Assembly (NCBI GenBank): GCA_951406725.2
Contig: OX597819.1
Location: 70,990,001 to 71,054,000 of the forward strand
Length of the DNA: 64,000 nt
Direction: 5' to 3'
DNA from: Octopus vulgaris
Lineage: Eukaryota
The notes under the pieces were generated by a model, which had not been told where the DNA came from, searched no databases, and worked only from the letters and a program-made list of their open reading frames with translations. The number at the start of each line of letters is the position of its first letter. Position 1 is the first letter of the stretch. A program made the translations under genes and the position numbers. Shown piece by piece: positions 1 through 13,235 of this stretch.

Positions 1-784
1 AAATTCCACCGAGGTCCAACTTTGCCTTTTATCCTTTCGGGCAGTCGGTAAATTATGTACCAGTGAAACACTGGGGTTGATGTAATCGACCAGTCCCCCC
101 CCCCCCCCGCCTAAATTTCAGGCCTTATGCCTACAGTAGAAAGGATTATTATTATTATTATTATTATTATTGTGGCTGTCAAGGTGACAAGCTGACAGTT
201 AAGGTTGCGAGCTGGCAGATTGCTTAGCAATTTTTCTCCCGACTCTTTACATTCCAAGTTCAAATCATGCCATGGCCAACTTTGACATTTATCTCCCTGG
301 GATCAGTAAAATAAATAGCAGTCTAGTACTGAGATATAAAGGACAGAATCGGTTGAAAACGATATAAAGGACAGAATCGGTTGAGCAACAGAAAATGCTT
401 TGCAACAATTCTCTTTACATTTTGAGTTCAATCCTGCCAAGGTCAACTTTGCATTCTATCCTCCTGGGGTCATTAAGATAGGTAACAGTCAAGTACTGGG
501 AGTTAATACAGTCAACTAGCCCCCTCCCCCATCACTCCACCAATTTCAGGCCTTGTGCCTATAAATAGAAAGAATTGTTATTGTTATATTTCCTTTACCC
601 AAACTTTGCATGTTTTTTGCTTGTTTTATGTTGTTCGTTTTAATTTTTGCTCGTTATGCTCGTTATGCCTGTTCACTGTTGTTATTTTTTTTTCACCTTT
701 GAAACATAATTACATTTGTTTTCTCCCATTTTATTCAGCTGTTTTGATTTTTTTTTTTTTTTTGTATTTTGCCCATGCAACTGT

Positions 785-1020
785 TGACCCGTTAGCGTTC
801 AGAATATTCTGTCAAATGTAATGCTTATTTATAATAATCCACATTGTTTTGAATTAATCACACATTATCTTGTAGCTTCAAGATTGCAATGGTGTGTTTG
901 TATATTTTTTTAGAATGACATTGTAGGGTAGGTGTGAGAGTTTTGATCTGGTCAGTCTTAACATAAAGCAGGTAAAACATTTCGGCTTGGATATGGCTGG
1001 ATTAAAAGCTACAGGGTTTA
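785..1020. mobile_element. Older piggyBac-type MITE, second family
   Basis: Degenerate ttga-cccgttagc ... gctacaggg-ttta ends. Confidence 0.5.
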
Positions 1021-1398
1021 AAATAAAATAAAAAACTCAAGCCCTGCCATATAGTAATGAAAGATTAATGTAAATTAGGATTAAAATATAAAATTTCGTG
1101 TTTCAAAAACAATTTCTTTGTTCTTTTGTGTCACTACTGCTTTCAGGAAATATTTAAAGAAATTTAATGAGAATATTTAACTGATTTGATAAAAGACAAT
1201 AAAATTTCAGTGAAATTGTGTTGATACAGTTGGAATATTTAATATGAAATATGTATTTCCTGAATACTAAATAATATTTGGCTGGGAATTAGTGTGTTTT
1301 AGCCTTAAATTACCTATGCTCTTCCAGATTCAGTTTGTTATTAATCCAAGATCCTTAATGCTCAAAATTGTTTCAGGTATTTATTGATCCTTTTAGAT

Positions 1399-1550
1399 CA
1401 GTGGTTCCCAAACTTTTCACAACCAAGGACCTTTTTTTATTTAAATGAGTTTTCCCATGGACCCCAGGATATCGAAAGGTCTGTCTGCTTAACATGTTCA
1501 CTCACAGACTCCCAGTAGTACGTTTGTGGACCGCAGGTTGTGAACCAGTG
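1399..1550. mobile_element. hAT (Charlie-like) MITE
   Basis: TIRs cagtggttcccaaac / ggttgtgaaccagtg; degenerate 8-bp flanks ttttagat / ccttaggt. Confidence 0.65.
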
Positions 1551-2189
1551 CCTTAGGTTGTGGCTTAAACATCCCAAGGATCAATATTGACCACTTTACG
1601 AACCCATTTTAATTGACATTCCAACTGTACACAGGATTATGTTTCAGTTAGCCATAGCTTTCACCTGAATCTTAGGCAACCTTCCTGCATTGATATGCTT
1701 CTGGTATTTTCTTTTGCAGACAGATTGTCATTTTGTGCATATACCGTATATTGAATTGCGTTTTCAAATTCCTTGGTGCTTAACTGTTTTTGTTACCATA
1801 TTTCTGTTGGAATACATTTCCTTTGTTCTAATTAATTTTGAAAATAACGAAGAATTTAGTAAAATAAATAATAATTATTACTAAGTTGCTGCTTGGACCA
1901 TAAATTAGCATGAAATGTAATTGGAAAGTTGGTATCAAAAGGGTTAACATGGTGTGCCCATGTGGTAAGAAGTTTGCTTCTCAGCCACATGGTTCCTGTT
2001 TCAGTCCCACTGTGTGGCACCTTGGGCAAGTGTTTTCTGCTATAACCTTGGGCCAACCAAAGCTTTGTGAGTGAATTTGGTAGGCAAAAACTTAAAGAAG
2101 TCTTTTGCATATACATACATACGTGTGTACGTAACACTATGTTAGCATGGAAAGCGGATGTTAAACGATGATGATGAGAAATTAGGCTT

Positions 2190-2290
2190 CTCAAAAGCAG
2201 AAAGGAGAAAGCTAATTCGAAGACTACAGATCCAATCCATCACTGGAACTGTAAAAATCTGCAAAACTTCCCAGAAGTTTATCATTTAAA
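2190..2290 (+). mobile_element. 3' tip of an R4/Dong-like LINE ORF
   Basis: RKLIRRLQIQSITGTVKICKT resembles the terminal LQK..L.GT..I.R motif of RLE-encoding LINEs. Confidence 0.45.
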
Positions 2291-5200
2291 TATATATGAG
2301 CATGTGAAGACATGCGACTATATGCATGAGAATACATACATAAAACAAAACATACAAATCAGCGCATATCCATACATACAAACAAAAATACTTTGTTGTT
2401 GATGTTGAAATTCCAATGAAGGAGCCTTGGATCTAGGTTAGAAATTGGCTTTTTCTCTGTTGGCATGAAAACTTGAAATAAAACTAAATAATTACATACA
2501 TACATACATGCATGTTTTTGTATCTGTGTTCACCTCCCAACCCTGCTTGACAACCAGTGTTGGTGTGTTTACATCCCTGACACTTAGTGGTTTGACAGAA
2601 AAGTCCAAAAGAATAAGTACCAGTTTTTTTTGTTTTTTTAAATAAAGAAAAAAGGTACTAGGGTCAATTTGTCTGGCTAAAGCTCCTCCAGGTGGTGCCC
2701 CAGCATGGAGCACCGCTTTTCTGTCTGGTGCAAAACTGCAGTGGTTGTTATGTACCAGGTAGAAAGATTGTAGACTTTAACTGGGCCTCATAGTCAATTG
2801 TACCACTTATGTGCTGAAGAAAAGGCACCAAACTAACTCATTATCGTTTAACATCCGTTTTCTATGCTGGCATGGGTTGGACAGCGATTGATGTCTGGCA
2901 CGTCCAAGAGTGCAGTGGGTGCTTTTTATATTCCACCGGCACGGGAGCCAGTCAGGCGGCCCTGGCATCGATCACATTCGGATAGTACTTTTGACATGCT
3001 ACCAACATGGGAGCCAGTCAGGTGGTCCTGGCATCAAGCACATTCAGATAGTGCTTTTTACTTGCCTCCAGCACAGGAGCCAGTCAGGTGGCCCTGGCAT
3101 CGACCACGTTTGGATGGTGCTTTTTACGATGCAAAATAATTGCTGGGGTGCATTCAGAACAGCAAGAATCCAAACTGTAACGTATCTTGTCTTTTACTTG
3201 TTTTAGTCATTAGACAGCGACCTTGCTGTGGCACCACTTGAAGAAGTTTAATCTAATGAGTCAACCCCAGTACTTACTTTTTCTGAAGCCTGGTATTTAT
3301 TCTTTGGGTCTCTTTTGTTGAACCTTTATATTACAAGGACATAAACACACCAACACCAGTTGCAAGTGGTTGGGGACAGACACTGACATAAACACACGTA
3401 CACACACACACACACACACACACACGTGTGCTCGTGCACATGGTGGGCTTTCAGTTTCCATCTACCAAGTCCACTGGCCTAGGGTGCCATGAAGTGGGAC
3501 TGACCTCAGAACCATGTGGTTGGGAAGCAAGCATTTGACTACATAACCATGCAGATTTAAATGTTGATACCTGATAGCTGTTGTTTTTCACCGTTGGACA
3601 ACACCCCCGTCTTTCAAACAATGCTTGTTCTATCATTTGTTGGTGGAAGGGAACTTTGTGTGTCACTGTAGTGTTTCAGCCCTGCTGTGTCTCTTCAGTT
3701 AAAGCTATAACCCTGGACTGATGAGTCTAATAAGAGCACAGGAATCAGTAAACAAATTATTTGCTGATGTCTGCCAAACAGATAGTTGTTATTCATGAGG
3801 TACATGCAGAACAGTAAGAATCCAAACAATAGTCTGTCTATTCGTTCTTAACATATCCCGGCAGATTCAGACGATCTGATTGCTGTTTTTCATAATCATA
3901 GAATGTTCCTTGAAAAGATCTGTGGACATAACCCACATGAGTCACTGACCAAATATTCTCATTTGAATCTGCCTGAAATTTATTAAGAAAGACTAGATAT
4001 GTTATTATCATCTAATGTATGTCTTCATAGAATTATAACCAGAACTATTTCTAACATTTTCCTCTTCCTGCTGGTGTGTGTTGAATATCTGGGTGGATCT
4101 ATTATAAAACCCCGTGCCAATTGTGTCTGATATAAACCAATTAATTCTAAAATTGTTTCTCCGATTAAGCAGTTCAGCCAACCACAGGTGGACCTTGAGA
4201 ACTTCATCACAATTCTTTGATTTATGATTCCATTAATTTAAACCAATATTTCACTGCATGATTTGTCTATTTCTCTAGCATAGCCAAGTCACTTGCACTG
4301 AGCCTTTCAGAATTTGTTACAATCTTAATTAATTACCCTTGCATAACGATACTTCATTATAGTAACTCTTTTGTCTTGGGAGTTTAGACTTGAGGCATGT
4401 TTCATAAATTTTAACGACTTTAGATTGCCACATGTAACATTGTATGTAGCCATGTCAAAAAAACATGGAAAAAACACAAACTTCCCCTCCCCTCAAAAAA
4501 TATGTAGACCACTGTTATATCCTTTTTTAAGATCATGTATTTAGGCACTAATTATTTTAGTTATCTAAGTTTGTGTAAATTAGCAAACTCATAATGTAAT
4601 TCACATAAGAAATGTGTTTTGGGTTGCATAATTCTTTAAATTCAGATATTTTTATAGAATATTGGAATACATCTTTTTTCCTAATTTCTTTACACAGTAA
4701 GACACCTGTTTGTGCCCCCATCATAATACATAGCCTCTCAATACACGAGAGAAGGTCTTATATTATGAGTACTTAGTGACCACCGTAGTGTCAGTGATAT
4801 GTAAAAAGCATTCCATACCCTCTGTAAAGTGGTTGCCATTAGGAAGGGTATCCAACCATAAAAGCCATGCCAAAGCAGACCCTGGAGCTCAATGCAGTCC
4901 CTTTGACTCATCGGATCCTGTTCAACCATCCAATCCATGTCAACATACTATATGGACATTAAATATTGGTGATATAATGTTCATGAGGGTCACTTACCTG
5001 TAAAATGGATGCTTTTCCTAAGTAATCTGTAGCAGAGATTTGTGAATCTCTGTGTTTTTAAGGTGGAAACTTACTGATGAAAGTCCTAGAATTGAATATC
5101 ACCAGCATTGTATAATATTCCTAAATATTGATATTGTATAATTTGCCCTAAAGGAAATATTGGAGACAGCGGATGGGTGTTCAAGCTGGATCTGGGGACA

Positions 5201-7182
5201 GACGAACAAAAGGGATATCCATATTGTTTGAAGGCAATATTTTTTGTATTTTAATGCTAAGGGAAGTAACTCTGAGTAAGTCATTGTGGTAGTATTGACA
5301 TTTCACTGCTACCATGACAACCAACTTAGTTTCTTTAAGTACTGTTTGAAAGGTGAGTCAGATGAGAGGAGTTCCAGCTAGATGAAATTTTCAAGTGGTT
5401 TTAATACACAAGTTTCCAATATCCAAGTAGTTAAAAAGCATCATAAGAAGGACACCAAGGAATCCTGACATAGATGCAGCCCAGCCCCACTCTCTTAGAA
5501 AGTAAGATTGGCCAAAACACTTATCTGGAAGATGTGTCTTCTCTGAAGACCTTCAACTGTTCAGCTCTCTTGACACTCTCGTACCAATTCCTAGCAAAGA
5601 TACTTTGCACTCAATGTTTTGCTACATTCAGCTGTAAACATGTAATACTATTAGGTAAGTTCACCGTGAGCATAGTCTTGGAGAAGGTAGCAAGGAGTCA
5701 TATCCTTCATTGGATTTATTACTATTAGAGTAAGGTAACTGTTAAATCAGTCACATGACTTGAGAGTAATAATTCAATACCAATCAATCAGTTACTTAAT
5801 GCTTAGAATCATCATCGGCCAAATTGATAACTGGCCTATTTGTGTATTGTCATCAGTTCTCTTGTAACAGCACAAAACACCAAGCTGTATGTAGAGGCTT
5901 TATTTGTAGGGCGCAGTTTAATGTTGATAGCAGTGGGAGCTCTGTGCTGTTCCCCAGTGTTTTCTCCCTTGCTGGAAGTCGTGGGAGCACTGTGTTGTTC
6001 CCCAGTGTTTTTCTGTTGAAATAGTTTGGACTCTGTAATTACTGTTTTCCATTAGTCTACAGATTTAAATAGTAATTCAATTTTTATTTATTTGATAAAC
6101 AATGAAGTAAGAGGAAGCAAAGTGATGTCTGGGGCAGCACAGTGATAGCAAGACAGGATAAATTGGGCTTAGTATTTGGTTAGCCTTTTTTTAATGTAAC
6201 CATTTGTGAGGGGGAAGTTAGGAAGTTCTAAAACCTTCCTGACATAAGATCGTAGAAAAGTGTTTCATGCAAAGTCTCTTAATTAAGTGATATACATTAA
6301 CCTGTTCATTACTGTATTTATTTTGAGATGCTCTGTTTTTTTTTTCAGTTACTTTAAATATAAAAAAGAATTTAGTAAAATAACTTAGTTATCTTTAAGC
6401 TAGTGTGAGGAGCATAAATTGTGACTAGTTTTGGTGGAAGATTTTAATTAAAAACTTATGAAAACAAGACATTTGTACTACAGAGCCAGATGCGGTCATA
6501 TTTCTGTTGAGATGCTCTGTGTTTCTTTCAATTAATTTTAAATATAAAAAATAATTTAGTAAAATAAGTTAATTATCTTTAAGCTGGTGTTAGGAATGTA
6601 AATTGTGACTAAGGTTTGGTGGAAGATTTTAATTCAAAATTTTTGAAAACAAGACATTTGTACTACAGAGCCAGGTCTGGTTTCAGCTGGGTTGGTATTG
6701 AAAGGGTTAATTAGTGATAATCAATAATATAAAGAATAACATTTGAGTTACTTTTTTTATATATTAGATTTATATTCATCTTCACCTACTGAAGAATTAA
6801 TGTTTGGTTTATAGGGAGCTAATTTTTGTTTTGCTATTGTTTGCACATTTATATGTAGGGCTGACAGAATCCTTAGTGCATCAGACACAATTCTTAGCAG
6901 CAGTTCTTCCAGCTTTTTGCATTCTGAGTTCAAATGCTGCCTTTCATCCTTTTGGGGTTCAATAGAACAATGTACCAGTTAAGAACTGGGGAGTCGACAA
7001 AGGCAACTAACCTCTCCTACCAAAATTGCTGGCCTTGTGCCAAAATTTGAAACCATTTTTCTAACCAAACTTTGTGGATTGCTGAGATTTTCATATAAAC
7101 ATTTATTTCCTTGTCTTTCTATGTCAATTCTAATGGACAAAACTTTTCTTTTTTTTTTTCTTCTTTTCTTCTTCCTTCCTAG

Positions 7183-7295
7183 ATCCGAAGCTGGTACTCT
7201 CAGTCCTACGGCTTCTCCAATCACAACTGAGACTGTTAATGTAAATGCGACAACTATCACCACTACTACTATAACAACAACAACAACAACAGAAG
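7183..7295 (+). CDS. Unidentified gene, internal exon (SEAGTLSPTASPITTETVNVNATTITTTTITTTTTTE), Thr-rich low complexity
   Basis: About 40-nt pyrimidine tract plus tag acceptor at 7181-7182; AAG|GTAGTA donor at 7296; phase 2 in, phase 1 out, compatible with the exon at 18622. Confidence 0.8.
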
Positions 7296-7721
7296 GTAGT
7301 ATCAATCTCATTTCCTTTTTGTCTGGTTACCATTTTAAGCACTTCCTTTCTTTTCCTCAACCCTTGAAGAATAATAGTAAATCAGTAAATTGTTTAGAGA
7401 TAAATTGCTTTAAGGTTTCTTCAAAAATAATATTCTAGATAAAAAAAATCTTTTGTATAGAATCTAAGGATATGGCCAGTTGTGCTGTGTACCGCTGAAC
7501 AAATTGTGGTTTTTGCATGCCTTGTTTCACTAGATTAAGAAGTTTCCCTGCTGTTCCATTGTTAAAACTGCATTAGGGAAGGCATCCAGCTGTAAGATGT
7601 AGAATCTCATCTATGCTGTTATAGAAGGAATTATTGTGTGTAAAGAGCAAGGTCTCAACTCCTCCAAAAAGTTGTCACAATGCACTGATTCTGCCTGGTT
7701 AGCCACATTCTCTGTTTAAAT

Positions 7722-8451
7722 CATTGGTTCTCAACCAGGGTCCATATGACCATTGGGGGTCCGTATAAGATTTCATTGAAATCGAAATCGAATTGAACCA
7801 GCCAGGATCCCTGGTCTGGTGGTACGTAAAAAGCACTATCCGACTCGTGGCCGTGGCACGTAAAATACTCCAATGCGACCGTACGACAGGCACCCTTGCC
7901 AACCCCCTTTGCTTGTGAAGACATGTTGGGGCAAGCGAAATCGAAATCGAATTGAACCAGCCAGGATCCCTGGTCTGGTGGTACGTAAAAAGCACTATCC
8001 GACTCGTGGCCGATGCCAGCACCGCCTCGACTGGCTTCCGTGCCGGTGGCACATAAAATACACCAATCTGACCGTGGCCGTTGCCAGCCCCGCCTGGCAC
8101 CTGTGCAGGTGGCACGTAAAAAGCACCCACTACACTCACGGAGTGGTTGGCGTTAGGAAGGGCATCCAGCTGTAGAAACATTGCCAGATTAGACTGGAGC
8201 CTGGTGCAGCCTTCTGGCTTCCCAGAACCCCGGTCGAACCGTCCAACCCATGCTAGCATGGAGAACGGACGTTAAACGACGATGATGATGATGATGTGCA
8301 GTGAATTGGTTACATACAATTCCTAATATTCAATCATAAAAATACCATAGGATTTTTTTTTTAAACATTGAATGGCTATGGGGTGCCTAGGAGAGTAAAA
8401 CAGGAATCAAAAAGGTCCATAGATTAAAAAAAAAATGGTTGAAAACCAGTG
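7722..8451. mobile_element. hAT-type MITE interrupted by an RTE-derived element (7779-8296)
   Basis: Ends cattggttctcaacc / ggttgaaaaccagtg; related interrupted copy at about 53060-54100. Confidence 0.65.
7779..8296 (+). mobile_element. RTE-derived non-autonomous retroelement family C (representative; also 14255-14697, 21905-22502, 44585-45085, 48050-48402 and many fragments)
   Basis: Conserved ggttggcgttaggaagggcatccagctgtag block, 3' end ggacgttaaacga(tga)n typical of RTE-clade tails, repeated gtgccggtggcacgtaaaaagcac modules. Confidence 0.75.
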
Positions 8452-8571
8452 ATCTAACTGATCAATGGCACTGGAAAACAACCATGACTTGTATACCATC
8501 TGACTTCCAGTATAGTCAGGCTGAAAATCACTTGACAGCAAGCATTTTAAAAGGACCTGAAGACAGACAAT

Positions 8572-9148
8572 GTCATGTGCGGACAGGATACCGAATGCAC
8601 TTTTGCTAAAGGACAAGAAGCTGAATGGGCATAAAGCTGAACGGACACAACGCCAAATGGACATAAAGCTGAATGGTCACAATAATGTGGGGAAAAAAAA
8701 AAAGGCGGCGAACTGGTAAAAACATTAGCACATCAGGCGAAATGCTTAGTGGTATTTCACCTGTCTTTACATTCTGAGTTCAAATTCCGCTGAGGTTGCC
8801 TTTGCCTTTCATCCTTTCGGGGTTGATAAATTAAGTACCAGTTGCATACTGGGATCGATCTAATTGACTGGCCACCTCCCATAAAATTTTGGGCCTTGTG
8901 CCTAGAGTAGAAAAGAATAATGAAAAAAAATAAACACTCCTACCTACATAGTTTAATGACCATTTTAACCTGTCAAATGGTCATATTGTAGAAATAAAAT
9001 GGTTATTCTATATTTGAATTTTTGTATGTCTTTTGGCATCTTGTTTTGTCAGCATCTTGTCTTGTCAGCATCTTGTCTGTTCAGCATTGTATCCATTTGG
9101 CTTCTTGTTCTTTGGCAAAAGTGCATTCAGCATCTGGTCCATGTACCA
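8572..9148. mobile_element. Inverted-repeat DNA element with short subterminal repeats and a nested SINE (8703-8915)
   Basis: gaatgcacttttgctaaaggacaagaagc at about 8594 is inverted relative to gcttcttgttctttggcaaaagtgcattc at about 9100. Confidence 0.6.
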
Positions 9149-9799
9149 TCAACATTACATGGAATCTGCTGATCAGCACAGAAGAACCTAAAGCTTAATG
9201 TATGTGTGTTTATTGTATCTGTTCAAGTAGAACAGTTGAGGTAGACCAAAAACGAGATGGCTGGTTGGTTCTTGCTTGCTTGTGGTGGCATTCTCCCAGG
9301 ATGGATTGAGCCAGCTCTGACCAACAAGTTCACCATGTCTCATGAATGCTAACCACATCCAATGGCTGGCCTTAACATTCCAACAGGCAAAGTAATGCTT
9401 CTGCCTGCAGCCCAGATATCCAGCTTACAAATTTGACAAGTGCCCCACTAGGGGAGCAGCTGCCTTGTATAGTGTGGACACCATAGCCATAGTCATTTGT
9501 TGTTGATGTGTAGAGGTCATGGTTGGAATTTCAGTGGGAATACAAGTTCACATGTGGTCCTGGTCACATATAATGAAATGGTTTAATTTGCTTCTGATGG
9601 GACCTTATGGAGGTGGCACCTGAGGACTCTACCCCTGTGACACTCTTAGGAATAGTGGATGGAGAAGATGGGTAGATGCTTATTGGTTCAGCACAGCATC
9701 TTACCCCATGTCTCAATCCTGTGTTAGGGCTGGATGCTTTTGTTCAACTCTTCTGGTCCTTGGCTGCTTCTGTTATCTTTACACTTGCATATGCACATA

Positions 9800-10328
9800 T
9801 AAAATCTGATCAAAAGTATCAGGACTGTTGCTATGGTAATGGAGCTAAAGAAGGCAGAGTGAAGCCACTTGACACAGATTGACCTCCAACTCGGTCATGC
9901 ATGAACACTAAGTTATAACATTCTCTCTCACTTTTGATGTTTGTAGCAGTGCTTGGAAGTGAAGTGTGTAGAGTGTGATTATTTCACTACACTAAAGAGG
10001 TTCCATCTGTGACCATGGCAGAGAAAATGTGTGTGTGCGTGAACACGTATGTACATGTGTGCACACAGAAGGATATGTGATTTGATGGTTGTTATGATCA
10101 AGAATCTTTCCAAAAATCAAATCCCACTTGAAAGGAACAAAATTTCAAGACATGAATGAAATTCAAAAGAAAGTGATGAGGCAGCTGCCCATTACCCCCA
10201 AGAAGTTCCAGGAATGCTTCTATGGCTTCAGAAGGGGACAGCTTCAAAGGAGATTAAATGCCAGGTTGATATGCTTTGTAGTTTCCTTTCCATAGCACCA
10301 GTCCTGATGCTTTTTTGATCAGACCTCG
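9800..10328 (+). mobile_element. Internally deleted mariner-family element
   Basis: TIRs tctgatcaaaagtatcaggactg / cagtcctgatgcttttttgatcagacctcg-ta; remnant C-terminal transposase FPKIKSHLKGTKFQDMNEIQKKVMRQL at about 10107-10190. Confidence 0.75.
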
Positions 10329-13003
10329 TACACAAGCTCATTGTTTATGTAACATTACAAAAATATTAATATCAGATGCATGCTTGTGGTGGAGTTGTGT
10401 GGTCTGGAAATATATTTTGTAGATGCTTGGTTTTTACATAGTTTGCCTTATACTAACACAATGTTCTTCAGCGGAAAGAATAAAACTAGCACCACACACA
10501 CACACACACACACATGATAAAACAGAATAGAGGGAGGGAGACTGGTGGTGGTTTGTATTGTTTGAAAAAAGAAGCAACCGAAAGAGTACAGTGGAATTGC
10601 CAGGAAGAGTAAAACCTCCAATGTTTCAGTCCTTCAGGATAAAAACTGACAAAAGAGAAATAAAAGAAAGACAGGAGAGTGTTTGTATATTCTATGATTA
10701 AAAAATTGGCTGCAACTGATGAGGAACACAAGACAATATCGGCTCACATTTATAATCAGGATTTAATAGGAAAGAGAAAAACTGATAGAGGAAGAAAAGA
10801 AAAGAAAAGAAACAAGGCAGGTGATGTGTAAGAGGTTAAGATGTTATATAGTGTTAAAAATATGATACATAATTAAAAAGTCCTTACTTTAAACCTCATG
10901 TTACTGTATTTCTGTTGAGATGCGCTGTGTTTCTTTCAATTAATTTTAAATATTACAAAGAATTTAGTAAAATAACTTAGTTACCATTAAGCTAGTGTTA
11001 GGATTATAAATTGTGACTAAGGTTTGGTGGAAGGTTTTTTTACTTCAGAACTTTTGAAAACAAGACATTTGTAGACCAGAACCGGTTTCAGCCAGGTTGT
11101 TATCAATTGGGTTAAAGAATTAAACGAATACATCTTCCAGTCATCTATTGACCTTATTAGGTATACAACTTCTGTAGACTTCTTCCCCCTTTCTCGAGTT
11201 GATGGTCTGTATCCCCCCTCCCCTTGCTGTCTCTGTTTCTCTATCAAAGTAATTTATGTATGGTGACTATTAAAGTGTTAGCAGGAATTGGGCTGGAAGT
11301 AAGTGCAAAGCTATAAATTGCACATCTATCTACCTATTAACACCAAGACTTTGTAGTCTACCTGGGTAGACCCATGGTGTACCCAAGTAGTCATCATATA
11401 CATATGTAGCTCTAGTGTACGTAAATAGCCTTGGTGTATCCAGGTAGGTGCTGTGCATCTTGGTAACTGGGATATCTGGGTAGCTGTGGTGTTCTCTGGT
11501 AGCTGTTGTATATCCAGGTAATATCCAGCTGTAGCATTATCTGGACAGATGCGGCATATCAGGATAGCTATGGCATACATTGGGTGGCCACAGCACCACA
11601 ATATTAGTTTCAAATGTCAGCACAAGGTACATTGACCCTAGTATTCAACTGGTACTTATTTTATTGACCCTTAAATGCAAAGCCGACTTTGGTGAAATTT
11701 GAACTCAGAATGTATAGACAGACTAAATGCCACATAGCATTTTGGCTGGCATGCTAACGATTTTGCCAACACACCACCTTAAAAATATTAATAATCCTTT
11801 CTACTGAAGGTACAAAGCTATGAAATTTTGGGGGAGGGAACTAGTTGATTACATCAACCGCAGTGTTCCACTGGTACTTATTGTATCAACCCTAAAAAGA
11901 TGAAGTGTAAAGTCAACCTTGGGGTAATTTGAACTCAGGGTACAGAGACGGACAAAATGCCACAAAGCATTTTGCCTGGTGTGCTTCCTATTCTGCCAGC
12001 TTGTTACCATGGTACCATAATATTACTGAGTGAGAATAGGTTGGATTTTGTCAAGAAAGTAGAGTTGTACAAGATTCTCAGAAAATTCATATTTAGTAAC
12101 AAATATTATATGTTAGTATTATTATTATTATTACCAGTAAATGGGGGATTCACATAGTTAATGAGTTTGTTCGTTATGTAATGAAATAATGTAGATGCAG
12201 TTTGGTTAAATGATTAAAAGGTTGCTTAACAGTTTCAAAGTCTCTGGTAGAGTCCCACTGTGTGGTTTCTTGTGCAAATGTTTCTTTTTTATACCTGTGA
12301 GTCACCCGAAAAACCTTTGTGAATGAAATTGCATAAATGGAAACTTTGGAGAAGCCTGGAGTTTATACCTGTAATTCAATGGTCCAACTTTTTCAAACTG
12401 ATTCTGCCTGAGGATTATTATATTAAGGGTACAGTTGTCCGTGGAGTACTCAGCCACTTATTTACTAATTCAATGAATAAAGAATTCAGTTGATCAAATA
12501 ATCGCATACTCAGTGTTGGAACTAACAGAAATTTGTTTAGTAATTATATTCTGTAAAAGACTGGTAGGAATTAGTGCCAGAAAACGGTTGAGGACCAGAA
12601 AAGAGATTTTCATGATTTCTACATGATGCATGTTGAATCTCTTGTTAACCCCCACCCATTTCATTTTGATGAAATAAACTTTGTTAGAACTTTCATTATC
12701 CATCATGGAGCATAATAAATTAATTTTGTTTTAGAATTAAGAGAGAATGCATAGTCTTGGCCACGTTGAAATGGAATGAGGCTCAACAAGGTTGCAACTG
12801 ATCCTGTGCTTGTCAAACTTGCATTCTCTGTTGGTGTTATATATAATATCTGAAAACTCTTTTGGAACATCATCATCGTTTAATGTCCGTTTTCCATACT
12901 GGCATGGGTTGGTCGGTTCGACAGGTCTGGAAAGCCAACAGCTGCACCAGGCTGCAATCTGATCTGGCAATGTTTCTACAGCTGGATGCTCTCCCTTAAT
13001 ACC

Positions 13004-13235
13004 TTTTTCTTTACTACCCACAAGGGGCTAAACCCAGAGGGGACAAACAAGGACAGGCAAATGGATTAAGTCGATTACATCGACCCCAGTGCGTAACTGG
13101 TACTTAATTTATCGACCCCGAAAGGATGAAAGGCAAAGTCAACCTCGGCAGAATTTGAACTCAGAACGTAGTGGCAGACGAAATACCGCTAAGCATCTCA
13201 CCCGGCGTGCTAACGTTTCTGCCAACTCGCCGCCT
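13004..13235 (-). mobile_element. tRNA-derived SINE family A (representative; more than 15 copies, e.g. 1-145, 8703-8915, 20855-21070, 31432-31630, 33105-33335, 39847-40060, 43967-44195, 47530-47720, 59478-59890)
   Basis: Head ggcggcgagttggcagaaacgttagc...ctgagttcaaattc, body gcctttcatcctttcggggtcgataaattaagtaccag; 8-bp TSD ttaatacc; inserted inside an RTE-derived element. Confidence 0.88.

Noticed and set aside
573-738. About 165-nt AG-free U-rich zone with TGCATG ending in ttcag
   Set aside because: No plausible donor or open exon follows the AG. It may be intronic regulatory sequence but cannot be called.
1720-1775. cttttgcag acceptor followed by TDCHFVHIPYIELRFQIP
   Set aside because: Only a weak donor (gtgctt), immediately abutting a piggyBac MITE; no independent support.
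2930-3130. Regularly spaced repeats with variable spacers (CRISPR-like)
   Set aside because: The spacers are homologous to each other; these are the internal modules of retroelement family C.
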